From the NCBI GenBank assembly GCA_019752555.1, contig JAIELY010000004.1:21844-85843 (forward strand): a DNA stretch of 64,000 nucleotides, read 5' to 3'. Below the pieces are notes generated by a model that did no database searches, was not told the DNA's origin, and saw nothing but the letters and a program-made list of their open reading frames with translations. Positions 1-7,982 of this stretch are shown one piece after another. A program made the translations under genes and the position numbers. The first letter of the stretch is position 1; every line of letters begins with the position of its first letter. The stretch comes from Rhabdochlamydiaceae bacterium (GTDB taxonomy: Bacteria; Chlamydiota; Chlamydiia; Chlamydiales; Rhabdochlamydiaceae).

Positions 1-1111
1 GATGCTCATTCTCTGAAGAGATTTCAGCGCTATCTCTCTCACGCCCGCTAGCAGCTTGCATGACATCTTCTACAGTCTGGAGCTCGCCTGGCTGAAGATG
101 ATGTGCTTCAAAACGCTCTGAAAGAAACACATACAGTTGTGCAACATCGAGAGAATCGAGGCCTAAATCTTGAGCGAGATGCATCTGTTTTCGAATCTGA
201 TTTTTAGGGCGTTTTGTAAGGCGGGCAATCTCCTCTTGCACATCCTTTTCTACTAGTGGAGGAACGAATTTAAGTTCAAGCGGATGAGTCTGGGGAGAAT
301 GTTCGGAAATCACCGCATTGGGAAACTCTTTCTTCCAAAATTTCAAAGAAACAAGGCTTAACTCTTCTGGTCCTTCCTTTGGATACCGGTTATACCAGCG
401 CTCTAAATATTTGTTTAAAGTGAGACGGTCAGCTTGATAGGGAAAATCTTGAGGCGCTAAGGCAAGCTCAATCAACACGCGTCTACGGGGAGCAAAAAAG
501 ATCCCATTTTTGAGGAGAATCTTAAACCCTTTCCATAAGGTTTTTGCAAAATCAGGAGAGGCCCCAATAATCGCTCTAGAAAACTGACTGCCCCAAAGCC
601 CTGTCGTTCGAACGAGCACTACATTGGTATCCGGACACGCCTGAAGTAAGTCATGAACAAAAGAAGCCCCGCCGATCATCTCTAATCCATTCATTTTAAG
701 ACGGCCTGACGGATAAATGAGAAAATTTTCCCTGTTTTTGAGCTCGCCTGCCACAGCTTCAAATTGCTTGAGGATCTTTTTGGCACGCCAAGCCGTTACG
801 GCTCCCTCTGTCGAGGGCATGGGAAGCGCTCGCACAAACTTCATGAATAAATGGATCCCTTTCTGGAAGTAGTAACGATCAACGACAAGCGGGCGCGGAG
901 AGAATGCAGTGCCGAGTACAGACATCACAATGACCGGATCAATTTCAGCTGGGTGATTGGGTAAAAAGAGGATCCCTCCAGGGCGCTTGAGACGATCGGG
1001 AGTAAGCGTTTCTAATCCCGCTACCTCAACGCGGTAGCGCAAAGAAATTAGAAAGCGCACAAACCCGCAGACAACAACCCAAATAAACTGAAAAAGGCGG
1101 TTTTTTCTCAT
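1..1111 (-). CDS. aas: Aas-like lipid acyltransferase: a PlsC-type acyltransferase domain followed by an acyl-carrier (phosphopantetheine attachment) domain. Only the N-terminal part is present; the gene continues past the window start.
   Basis: Absent from the supplied ORF track because it has no stop inside the window. My reverse-strand translation from the ATG at 1111-1109 gives MRKNRLFQFIWVV...GGILFLPNHPAEIDPVIVM (HX4D acyltransferase motif), then YPSGRL, then QMHLAQDLGLDSLDVAQLYVFL (DSL carrier-protein serine motif). The frame stays open to base 1. Confidence 0.75.
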   Translation of the reverse strand, partial: MRKNRLFQFIWVVVCGFVRFLISLRYRVEVAGLETLTPDRLKRPGGILFLPNHPAEIDPVIVMSVLGTAFSPRPLVVDRYYFQKGIHLFMKFVRALPMPSTEGAVTAWRAKKILKQFEAVAGELKNRENFLIYPSGRLKMNGLEMIGGASFVHDLLQACPDTNVVLVRTTGLWGSQFSRAIIGASPDFAKTLWKGFKILLKNGIFFAPRRRVLIELALAPQDFPYQADRLTLNKYLERWYNRYPKEGPEELSLVSLKFWKKEFPNAVISEHSPQTHPLELKFVPPLVEKDVQEEIARLTKRPKNQIRKQMHLAQDLGLDSLDVAQLYVFLSERFEAHHLQPGELQTVEDVMQAASGRERDSAEISSENEH

Positions 1112-1253
1112 AACGAGCGTTCCAAAAATTAGGGATAAATTTATCACATAGTTTAATCGATCTGTAAGAAGAGTTCCACAAAAAAACAGACCGAAATTTT
1201 TACTCCGATAACCCTTATATACCCTTACCAGGAATTTTAATTATATTAATAAT

Positions 1254-1282
1254 TTGACATCAAATTAAAAGAGTTTTAAAAT
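1254..1282 (+). promoter_or_regulatory. Near-consensus sigma70/66-type promoter, TTGACA-N17-TAAAAT
   Basis: TTGACA at 1254-1259, a 17-nt spacer, then TAAAAT at 1277-1282. It lies about 36 nt upstream of the ATG at 1318, in an AT-rich intergenic region. Confidence 0.5.
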
Positions 1283-1317
1283 AAGATTTAAACAGCAATT
1301 ACTTAATTGAGCCCCTT

Positions 1318-1626
1318 ATGAATGAAGATCAAACACCAAATCCAAAGCCTAGTAAATCATTTGCCGCTCATCTAGAGCAAATGGCTCAACTTTTGCGAAA
1401 TGAAGTGAAAAGCGCAGAGGAAAAGCTTAAGGCCAAGGAAATGAAACGCCTTGCCAAGACATCCTCCAAAGGATCTTTACCTAATACCATCGAACAAATT
1501 GCAAAATTGCTTCGCGTTCAAATTACCCCCATCGTAAAAATTGCTAAATCAAGAAAATGGACATCCAAGAAAAAAACACCCCCATCTTCGCAGGAAAAAA
1601 GCTCAAAAAAACGACGCGCGGGTTAA
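1318..1626 (+). CDS. Small basic lysine-rich protein of 102 aa. A histone-like/nucleoid-associated role is possible; function is unknown.
   Basis: An intergenic ORF with a consensus promoter upstream. It has an internal repeat (HLEQMAQLLRNEV / TIEQIAKLLRVQI) and a K/S-rich tail, SRKWTSKKKTPPSSQEKSSKKRRAG. I see no obvious Shine-Dalgarno sequence. Confidence 0.55.
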   Translation: MNEDQTPNPKPSKSFAAHLEQMAQLLRNEVKSAEEKLKAKEMKRLAKTSSKGSLPNTIEQIAKLLRVQITPIVKIAKSRKWTSKKKTPPSSQEKSSKKRRAG

Positions 1627-1674
1627 AGAAATCATTAAGATTATGTCAACCAAACAATAATATACATTTTTTTA

Positions 1675-1702
1675 TTTCACAAAATTCTAGCGCCACTATA
1701 AT
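1675..1702 (+). promoter_or_regulatory. Candidate promoter, TTTCAC-N16-TATAAT
   Basis: A perfect -10 TATAAT at 1697-1702 and a weak -35 TTTCAC at 1675-1680. It lies about 34 nt upstream of the ATG at 1736. Confidence 0.4.
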
Positions 1703-1735
1703 CGGTGAAAATCGAACCTGATTAAGGAGGTTAAG

Positions 1736-1951
1736 ATGGAAATTGGCAGAAACAATCCTAGAATCGAAGGATCATCCCGGACTCATGGCGCACAACAGGC
1801 TGCCGCCAATGAAATGAGCACTGAGCTTAAAACCAGTAGAGACAAAGTTGAAGTTCTGGCAAAACAGTTGTCTTTTGGAGCAGGAAAACCTCCCACCTTC
1901 ACACCAGGCAAAGATCCGAAAGTGGCAAACTTTGTTAAGTCTAGATTATAG
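1736..1951 (+). CDS. Small hypothetical protein, 71 aa
   Basis: A strong SD (AAGGAGG) sits 6 nt before the ATG. There is a TATAAT box upstream and a hairpin immediately downstream. I recognise no family. Confidence 0.6.
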   Translation: MEIGRNNPRIEGSSRTHGAQQAAANEMSTELKTSRDKVEVLAKQLSFGAGKPPTFTPGKDPKVANFVKSRL

Positions 1952-1961
1952 TCGATACGTC

Positions 1962-1985
1962 CCCGGCTTTGTAAACAAAGCCGGG
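1962..1985. terminator. Intergenic hairpin between convergent genes, a putative bidirectional terminator
   Basis: CCCGGCTTTG (1962-1971), loop TAAA, CAAAGCCGGG (1976-1985): a perfect 10-bp stem. There is no clear U-tract on either side. Confidence 0.5.
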
Positions 1986-1990
1986 TTCAG

Positions 1991-2731
1991 CTATTGAAGC
2001 ACCTCTTCCCAATCGATGCAAGGGGATGCAAATTTTGGTTCGGCATGCGTTGCCCATCCAGGAATCGACGACACAAGAACTGCGCCTTGATTGCTCAAGC
2101 AGCAAAATTTCGCATGATCTTCTGTAATTTTTCTTCCTTCAGAAAAGGCTCGGTGCACATCATAATCGCGCAAAAGAGTTTTAAATCTCATCGCATAGGT
2201 ATTTGTTGTCGATGGAGTTGTCCGCCAATGGCAAGAGGCCGTATGAAAGATACGGGACCTTAGCTCTTCATAATCGGGAAGAAAATACTTATCTTTGTGA
2301 TCATAGAGAGTGGCATAATCCACGTTTGGCAAAGTAAATGCCTCGCGAAGGATATCGATCCACCCCTTTTTATGGATGTAATCGTCTTCTAGAAAGTAGA
2401 TGATTGTTTCAGGAGAAAATTTCTGAGCTGCCACATGATCGATCATCTGCAAAAACGACTCCCCTTCTGCTCCCGCCTTAATTTCAATCACAGGAAACTG
2501 CGTTTGCTGTGCAATAAAATGGGTTTCTAAAGAAGGATGAAAGGTATCTAACAAAAAAGTCACATTAATCGGAGAGGAATCGAGGGTCTCGATCAGATTT
2601 TGAAAACATCTTTTATGACTAAAAAACGAAAATCTCTCTTTATGCGCACTTGCAGATGAGTAATTGCAATGACGCACAAACACCTCAATCCGAGGGATCG
2701 GATTGCTTTTAAACCAATCGAAAAAACCCAT
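1991..2731 (-). CDS. Hypothetical protein, possibly a GT-A-like glycosyltransferase with a DxD-type motif
   Basis: 246 aa. It contains IIYFLEDDY (a DxD-like acidic motif after a beta-strand) and an N-terminal VFVRHCNYSS strand. It is the last gene of the fabF-nudix string. The family assignment is not secure. Confidence 0.4.
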   Translation of the reverse strand: MGFFDWFKSNPIPRIEVFVRHCNYSSASAHKERFSFFSHKRCFQNLIETLDSSPINVTFLLDTFHPSLETHFIAQQTQFPVIEIKAGAEGESFLQMIDHVAAQKFSPETIIYFLEDDYIHKKGWIDILREAFTLPNVDYATLYDHKDKYFLPDYEELRSRIFHTASCHWRTTPSTTNTYAMRFKTLLRDYDVHRAFSEGRKITEDHAKFCCLSNQGAVLVSSIPGWATHAEPKFASPCIDWEEVLQ

Positions 2732-2738
2732 AGAGTTT

Positions 2739-3158
2739 CTACATGTGTTGAAGGCGTTGAATCACAAGATGACAGATGTTCTTGGCTTCTTTAAAAGTCA
2801 AGTGTTCGATAGCCTCTTCCAATTTTAACCAGATGGCATCGCGGATCTCTTCTTCTTGCAGCTGTAATGTCCCGGAAACAACAGCAGGAAAATAATGGAC
2901 TGTTTTTTGGATCGTATCAAATTTACTGCGAAATTGATACTGCTCTACATAGGGCTCATCATTAAGAAGCTGAACCACATCGAGTCCTGTCTCTTCTTTA
3001 AGCTCCCGTTTTGCGGCATCAATTGCCTCTTCACCGGGATCTGCTTTGCCCTTGGGAAAACTCCAGTGAGAGCCTTCTTTATGAAGAATCAAAAGGACTT
3101 TCCAATCCCCATTATCTTGCATTAAAGGAATAATACCAAAAGATTCAATTTTTATCAT
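2739..3158 (-). CDS. NUDIX hydrolase (Ap4A/nucleoside polyphosphate hydrolase-like)
   Basis: Nudix box GKADPGEEAIDAAKRELKEETGL (GX5EX7REUXEEXGU). Its ATG overlaps the fabF stop as ATGA at 3155-3158. Confidence 0.9.
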   Translation of the reverse strand: MIKIESFGIIPLMQDNGDWKVLLILHKEGSHWSFPKGKADPGEEAIDAAKRELKEETGLDVVQLLNDEPYVEQYQFRSKFDTIQKTVHYFPAVVSGTLQLQEEEIRDAIWLKLEEAIEHLTFKEAKNICHLVIQRLQHM

Positions 3159-4411
3159 GCAGTGTAGGGTCCGAAAAGAAGAGATGAATTATGTCCGCCA
3201 AATCCAAAAGAATTGCTCAATGCAACATTTACTTTGTGACGTTGCGCCTCATTCGGCACGACGTTGATACCTAAAAGCTCTTCTTCAGGGTCTTCGAGGT
3301 TAATCGTCGGGTGAAGTTCTCCGGTTTCAATCGCCTTGATCGTAGCAATCGCTTCAATGCCGCCGGCAGCTCCCAAGCAGTGACCAATCATCGATTTAGT
3401 TGCATTGATCTTGATTTCCGAGAGGTGATCACCAAAGTATTGCTTAAGAGCGCGAATCTCACAAAGATCGCCCACAATGGTCGATGTCGCATGGGCATTG
3501 ACGTAGTTAATCTCTTCCTTTGCAATTCCAGCATCTTTAACAGCAAGTTCCATGCAGGTACGCACGCCTAATCCATCCGCACGCGGGTCGGTCATGTGAT
3601 GTGCATCGCAGCTCACGCCGCCGCCTAGGTACTCAGCGATAATCGGAGCGCCTCTTGCGAGGGCATGCTCTAAACTCTCGAGCATAAGCACTCCAGCACC
3701 CTCTCCCATGACAAATCCATCGCGGTTCTTATCCCATGGACGCGATGCCCGCTGAGGCTCATCATTGCGCTCTGATAGAGCTTTGCAAGCGACAAATCCT
3801 GCAACGCCAATTGGATTGATCGGCGATTCCGCGCCGCCGCAGAGCATGAGGTCTGCCTCACCATTTCTGATGTGCTGAGCTGCAGCATAAATGCAGTAAT
3901 TTGATGTGGCGCACGCTGTCGAAATGGAGTAATTAGGTCCCATGAAACCAAGATCGATCGCAAGAAGAGCGCCCCCCATATTCGTAATAATAAAGGGAAC
4001 AAAAAAGGGAGTGAGCCGCTTAAATCCCTTAGTCACAAGCGTTTCACAGCCATCGTAAAACACGTTCATGCCTCCCATCCCCGATCCGATGAGCACCCCG
4101 CAGCGGGACTTGTCAAGCTTATCTAAGGCATCTAAAGGCAGATTTCCATGTTCTAGTGCTTTTTTTCCGGCAACGGCAGTATAGCGGATGAAGGGGTCGA
4201 CACGACGCGCTTGCTTTTTGTCGAGGTATAATCCTGTATCAAAATCGCGAATCCAACCGGCAAAACGGGTAGGAAAATCTTGTCCTGGAAATTCATTCAT
4301 CAACGAAACGCCGCTTTTTCCCGCAAGCAACTGTTGATAAAAGGCATCAACATCATTGCCGAAACAAGAAACGAGGCCCATGCCTGTAACTACAATGCGC
4401 TTTTTCTTCAT
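3155..4411 (-). CDS. fabF: 3-oxoacyl-ACP synthase II
   Basis: 418 aa. It has the KAS II hallmarks STACATS (active-site Cys), CDAHHMT and NAHATST (His-His), and a C-terminal SNSFGFGGHNSSLLF. Confidence 0.95.
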   Translation of the reverse strand: MKKKRIVVTGMGLVSCFGNDVDAFYQQLLAGKSGVSLMNEFPGQDFPTRFAGWIRDFDTGLYLDKKQARRVDPFIRYTAVAGKKALEHGNLPLDALDKLDKSRCGVLIGSGMGGMNVFYDGCETLVTKGFKRLTPFFVPFIITNMGGALLAIDLGFMGPNYSISTACATSNYCIYAAAQHIRNGEADLMLCGGAESPINPIGVAGFVACKALSERNDEPQRASRPWDKNRDGFVMGEGAGVLMLESLEHALARGAPIIAEYLGGGVSCDAHHMTDPRADGLGVRTCMELAVKDAGIAKEEINYVNAHATSTIVGDLCEIRALKQYFGDHLSEIKINATKSMIGHCLGAAGGIEAIATIKAIETGELHPTINLEDPEEELLGINVVPNEAQRHKVNVALSNSFGFGGHNSSLLFGPYTA

Positions 4412-4559
4412 AACTCTCCCATGATGAAGACTATAGCATACCCTAAAACCTTAAATTTTGCAACTCATTCAAGACGAGACAAAACAAATCTTTGATTTAT
4501 CACCCCTAAAGGCGATTCTTTACAAAAAAAATCTATAGGAAGAACAAAGGAATAAAAAT

Positions 4560-4964
4560 TTAGTGTGAACTTTGAGCTAAAGAAATATTGAGATCGACGA
4601 TACTCCCTTCGCGCCAGAGCTGTTCGAGCATATATTTGTCGCGTAGACCCGGCATAAAGAGATGAACCATGATATGAAGATAGTCAATCACAACCCAATC
4701 ACCTGCACTTAACCCTTCAGTATAAACAGTCGATACACCTTCTTTTTTCAGTGTATCGATGACGGCATTAGCAATCGCGGTGACGTGCTTATCCACATTC
4801 CCTTCAGCGATAAGAACGAAATCCGTCAGAGTAGAAATGCCTCGGACATCCAGGGCTAAAATGTTTATTCCCTTTTTGTCGTAAATCGCCTGAGCGATCG
4901 TATTAAGTAATTGAATTGGATCTTTTGTATTCATGACGCTACGAATATAACCGATTTCTTTCAA
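4560..4964 (-). CDS. rsfS: Ribosome silencing factor RsfS (iojap family)
   Basis: 134 aa with LALDVRGISTLTDFVLIAEGNVDKHVTAIANAV and DWVVIDYLHIMVHLFMPGLRDKY, typical of RsfS. It lies downstream of nadD, as in many bacteria. Confidence 0.85.
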   Translation of the reverse strand: MKEIGYIRSVMNTKDPIQLLNTIAQAIYDKKGINILALDVRGISTLTDFVLIAEGNVDKHVTAIANAVIDTLKKEGVSTVYTEGLSAGDWVVIDYLHIMVHLFMPGLRDKYMLEQLWREGSIVDLNISLAQSSH

Positions 4965-5550
4965 TCATGTCCAGGACATTTGTCGGAATCAGATGATGAC
5001 AAGTCTTTTTTTGGGATAAACGCTCACGAATCCAGGTGCTACTCATCTCCATAAGAGGGATGGGAGTGATCCCCTGGGAAAGCACTTCCAACGCATTATT
5101 GGAAAGCGGGGGCATCGTCGCAAGATGCGATCCACTGCGGCTACCGGTATATGGCGGGGCTAACGCTATGAGCTCTTCCACGTCTTTCCATAAGTGCAGG
5201 CGGGAAAGCGCATCCTCTCCTAAAATCAAGTGATACTGGCATGGACTTGCCTCTTCTCTAGAGCGATGGATCAGCGCTTTGATTGTATCAATTGTATAAC
5301 TGGGTCCCTCTGTTTCTAACTCCCAATCAAGAAGCTGAAATTGAGGAAACGGAGCAATCGCAAGACGCACCATTTCACGTCTATGTTCTTTAGAAACATG
5401 CGGAGGCATCCCCCCTTTAAACGGAGAGAGCGAAGCGGGACAAAACAGAATTTCATCCAAGCGATGCTTCTCTAGCATAGAGACAGCAAGATTTAAATGG
5501 CCAAAGTGGATAGGGTCAAAGCTACCGCCAAAAAATCCTTTTTTTTTCAT
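4939..5550 (-). CDS. nadD: Nicotinate-nucleotide adenylyltransferase
   Basis: GGSFDPIHFGHL (the (T/H)xGH nucleotidyltransferase motif) and a C-terminal SSTWIRERL (ISSTxxR motif). ATGA overlap with the upstream HAD gene at 5547-5550. Confidence 0.9.
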   Translation of the reverse strand: MKKKGFFGGSFDPIHFGHLNLAVSMLEKHRLDEILFCPASLSPFKGGMPPHVSKEHRREMVRLAIAPFPQFQLLDWELETEGPSYTIDTIKALIHRSREEASPCQYHLILGEDALSRLHLWKDVEELIALAPPYTGSRSGSHLATMPPLSNNALEVLSQGITPIPLMEMSSTWIRERLSQKKTCHHLIPTNVLDMIERNRLYS

Positions 5551-6206
5551 TTTAATGCCCAGTTTTGCTGTTGGGAGAACTCTTTGAGTTTTCGATCAGG
5601 ATTCACCGCAACAGCTGTTCCTGATGCAAGGAGCAAGGGAAGATCCAAGTAACTATCCGAATAAGCCGTGACATCTTTTTTGGCAATATTAAGGCGCTGC
5701 ATCGCATCCCTTACGCAGGCAGCTTTTTCATCACCTTGAAGAATCGATTCGATTTCAACTAACTGATCCTGAGAATCCACTGCATATTGGGTGGAGTGCC
5801 ATTCATGCACATTGAGTGCGCGTGCAAAATGCCCAACAAGAAACTGCGGCGCATTCGAAAGAATTAAGGTGTACTCTCCCAAATGCTGCGCCAAACGCAG
5901 GCAAGCTAAGGCTGAAGGGTTGACATGGTGAGATAAGTAGAATTCAACAAAAGGCTCCACATGAGATTCTAAGAGCTTCACAGATTTACCGCGCAACAGA
6001 CGCTCAAAGATTTTTTCATGGAGCAGCTTAAGCGACATGCCAAAATACACATGGCGCACGTAAGCCAAAGCGACATATCCCATACACGTGCGAGACAACA
6101 CTCCACGTGCAATCAAGTATTGACAAAAGGCGAAACTGCTATTGCCGAAAACTAATGTCCGATCTAAGTCAAAAACACTCATTCGGACCCAGTTCATCTG
6201 CAACAA
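5547..6206 (-). CDS. HAD-superfamily hydrolase (subfamily IB, SerB-like phosphatase)
   Basis: N-terminal VFDLDRTL (DxD catalytic motif I), then SNAP (motif II) and a late DSYLDLPLL (motif IV-like). Confidence 0.75.
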   Translation of the reverse strand: MLQMNWVRMSVFDLDRTLVFGNSSFAFCQYLIARGVLSRTCMGYVALAYVRHVYFGMSLKLLHEKIFERLLRGKSVKLLESHVEPFVEFYLSHHVNPSALACLRLAQHLGEYTLILSNAPQFLVGHFARALNVHEWHSTQYAVDSQDQLVEIESILQGDEKAACVRDAMQRLNIAKKDVTAYSDSYLDLPLLLASGTAVAVNPDRKLKEFSQQQNWALK

Positions 6207-6207
6207 C

Positions 6208-7923
6208 TCACCCTCCGATTTCGAAAATTTTATCCTCTATCTCGTCGATCGAGGCATTGATTTTATCAAGCGTATGTTTTTCCGCTTCGATCATTTCTCG
6301 ATACATCATCGCTTTTTCAAAATCAAAACCAGACCCGCCAAGAGCTTTTCGATAGCTTTCGAGCTGTGTTTTAATCTCTTGACGCCTCTCTTTTCTTTCA
6401 TCAAGCATGACTTTGAGCTGGCTTAAAGAATTAAGGTCATCTTCCGAAAGAGCCATGAGAGCACGCTCTTTCTTTTCATTAATGAGATCTTTCAATTGTT
6501 TGAAGAGCCGGTCGAAAATCTGTTTTTCTGCTTTACTGATCGCAAGGGCAGCATATTCTTGAGCTAACTCTTCACGCTGGGCATTTAAATGGTCGGGGTC
6601 TTGTTCATCAACAGCTGCAATCAACGATTGAAGATGCGCCTTAATAGCTAGTATCTTTTCTCGTTTCTTGAGTTCAACTTCCCGCTCTTTTTGTTCTCTT
6701 TCCTGTTCAATTGCGCGCGCCCTGTCTAAGATGGGCCGCTTAGCGCGGTGAATGGCATTTGAAAGAGATTTCACTTCATCCCGACCGAGATCTAAGCCTT
6801 TCATGAAATCAAAAATTTCCTGAGAAGCGCGGTTTGCATCTTCGATTGCCACATCCGTTTCGCACAGCACGGTCAGGGCTTGTATTTTTTCGATGACAGC
6901 ATCAAAATTCTGCTTAAACGCCTGTCTTTTTTGAGCAAACTCTTTTTTGCGCTCTTTTTCTTGCATCCTAATTTTATCCCAGCACGAACTGAGAAGTTGA
7001 CGCGTTTGGGTAAAAGACTGGGTATTTAAAGTGAGGACTTTCGCAAGCGCTTGCAACCCTTTAATTTCTTCACGCAAAGCATATAAAGGAAGCTTTTGAA
7101 CCTCCCCCTCTTGAAAATGGCTCTGCACAAAGTGAGCAACATCTTCTGTGAATTGCTGAGAGATCGATTTAATCAAATCCTTGCGACGGGGAAACACACG
7201 ATCCCCGCATTTAGAAAGCCGATCAAACAACTTATTCTTCGTGCGGATACGCATCTCTGTCTTCAAGATTTCTTTTCTCAACCCATTAATACGTGCAGCT
7301 AGCGTATTGAGCAAATGCAGCTCTTTCTGCATGAGCTCATAAACAGAGCGCTTTGCTTTAAATGTTTCAAGCGCCTCTGGGAAAGCAATACTGGAGACTA
7401 AAGAGAGATGCAGATCGTAGTTTTCAAGCTCCCGCTCTAAAGCTTGGATCGCAAGTTCAATCTGCTCGATAGCAAACAGAGACTGCTCATCTAAAATTTC
7501 TTTTAGCCGGCGCGCTTCAGAAGAAAGCTCTACATACTCTCCCCAAAGAAGGGATCTGGATTTCGGAGTTAAATTCTCTTTAAAAAGGGGTAAACACAAG
7601 CGGCGCCCCTCCCAAAAATCACGAAAACGGGGTGTCCCTGCATTCGAAAGAGCTGTGCGCATGAAATCGATACTCAGGCGAATTTTTTCTTCGGGATTTA
7701 ACAATTGCTCAAATTGCGAGAAAAACTGAACGAATTGGGGCGTGCTCCCCTTTTTTTCTTTTTCTATATCCACTTCTTGTTCAGTCTCTTCAACTTTCGG
7801 AAGAGAAGAATCCACTTCCTCTGTACGGACTTGCTCGCTCTCTGGCAACTGCACCTGTTCGCTATGTTGTTCTTCGGACTCGCCTGAAATCTCTTGATCT
7901 GTAGTCATGCTTTTTTTGAACAT
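6208..7923 (-). CDS. Large acidic coiled-coil protein, function unknown
   Basis: 571 aa. It is Glu/Lys/Leu-rich with long heptad-like stretches and an acidic N-terminus (SGESEEQHSEQVQLPESEQ). It appears to be the first gene of the HAD-nadD-rsfS string, with a 1-nt gap to the HAD gene. Confidence 0.6.
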   Translation of the reverse strand: MFKKSMTTDQEISGESEEQHSEQVQLPESEQVRTEEVDSSLPKVEETEQEVDIEKEKKGSTPQFVQFFSQFEQLLNPEEKIRLSIDFMRTALSNAGTPRFRDFWEGRRLCLPLFKENLTPKSRSLLWGEYVELSSEARRLKEILDEQSLFAIEQIELAIQALERELENYDLHLSLVSSIAFPEALETFKAKRSVYELMQKELHLLNTLAARINGLRKEILKTEMRIRTKNKLFDRLSKCGDRVFPRRKDLIKSISQQFTEDVAHFVQSHFQEGEVQKLPLYALREEIKGLQALAKVLTLNTQSFTQTRQLLSSCWDKIRMQEKERKKEFAQKRQAFKQNFDAVIEKIQALTVLCETDVAIEDANRASQEIFDFMKGLDLGRDEVKSLSNAIHRAKRPILDRARAIEQEREQKEREVELKKREKILAIKAHLQSLIAAVDEQDPDHLNAQREELAQEYAALAISKAEKQIFDRLFKQLKDLINEKKERALMALSEDDLNSLSQLKVMLDERKERRQEIKTQLESYRKALGGSGFDFEKAMMYREMIEAEKHTLDKINASIDEIEDKIFEIGG

Positions 7924-7982
7924 ATTAAGATGTTGGAATTAAGAAGAGTATCTTAAGAGAGTCATTTAAGTGAAGTATTTTG

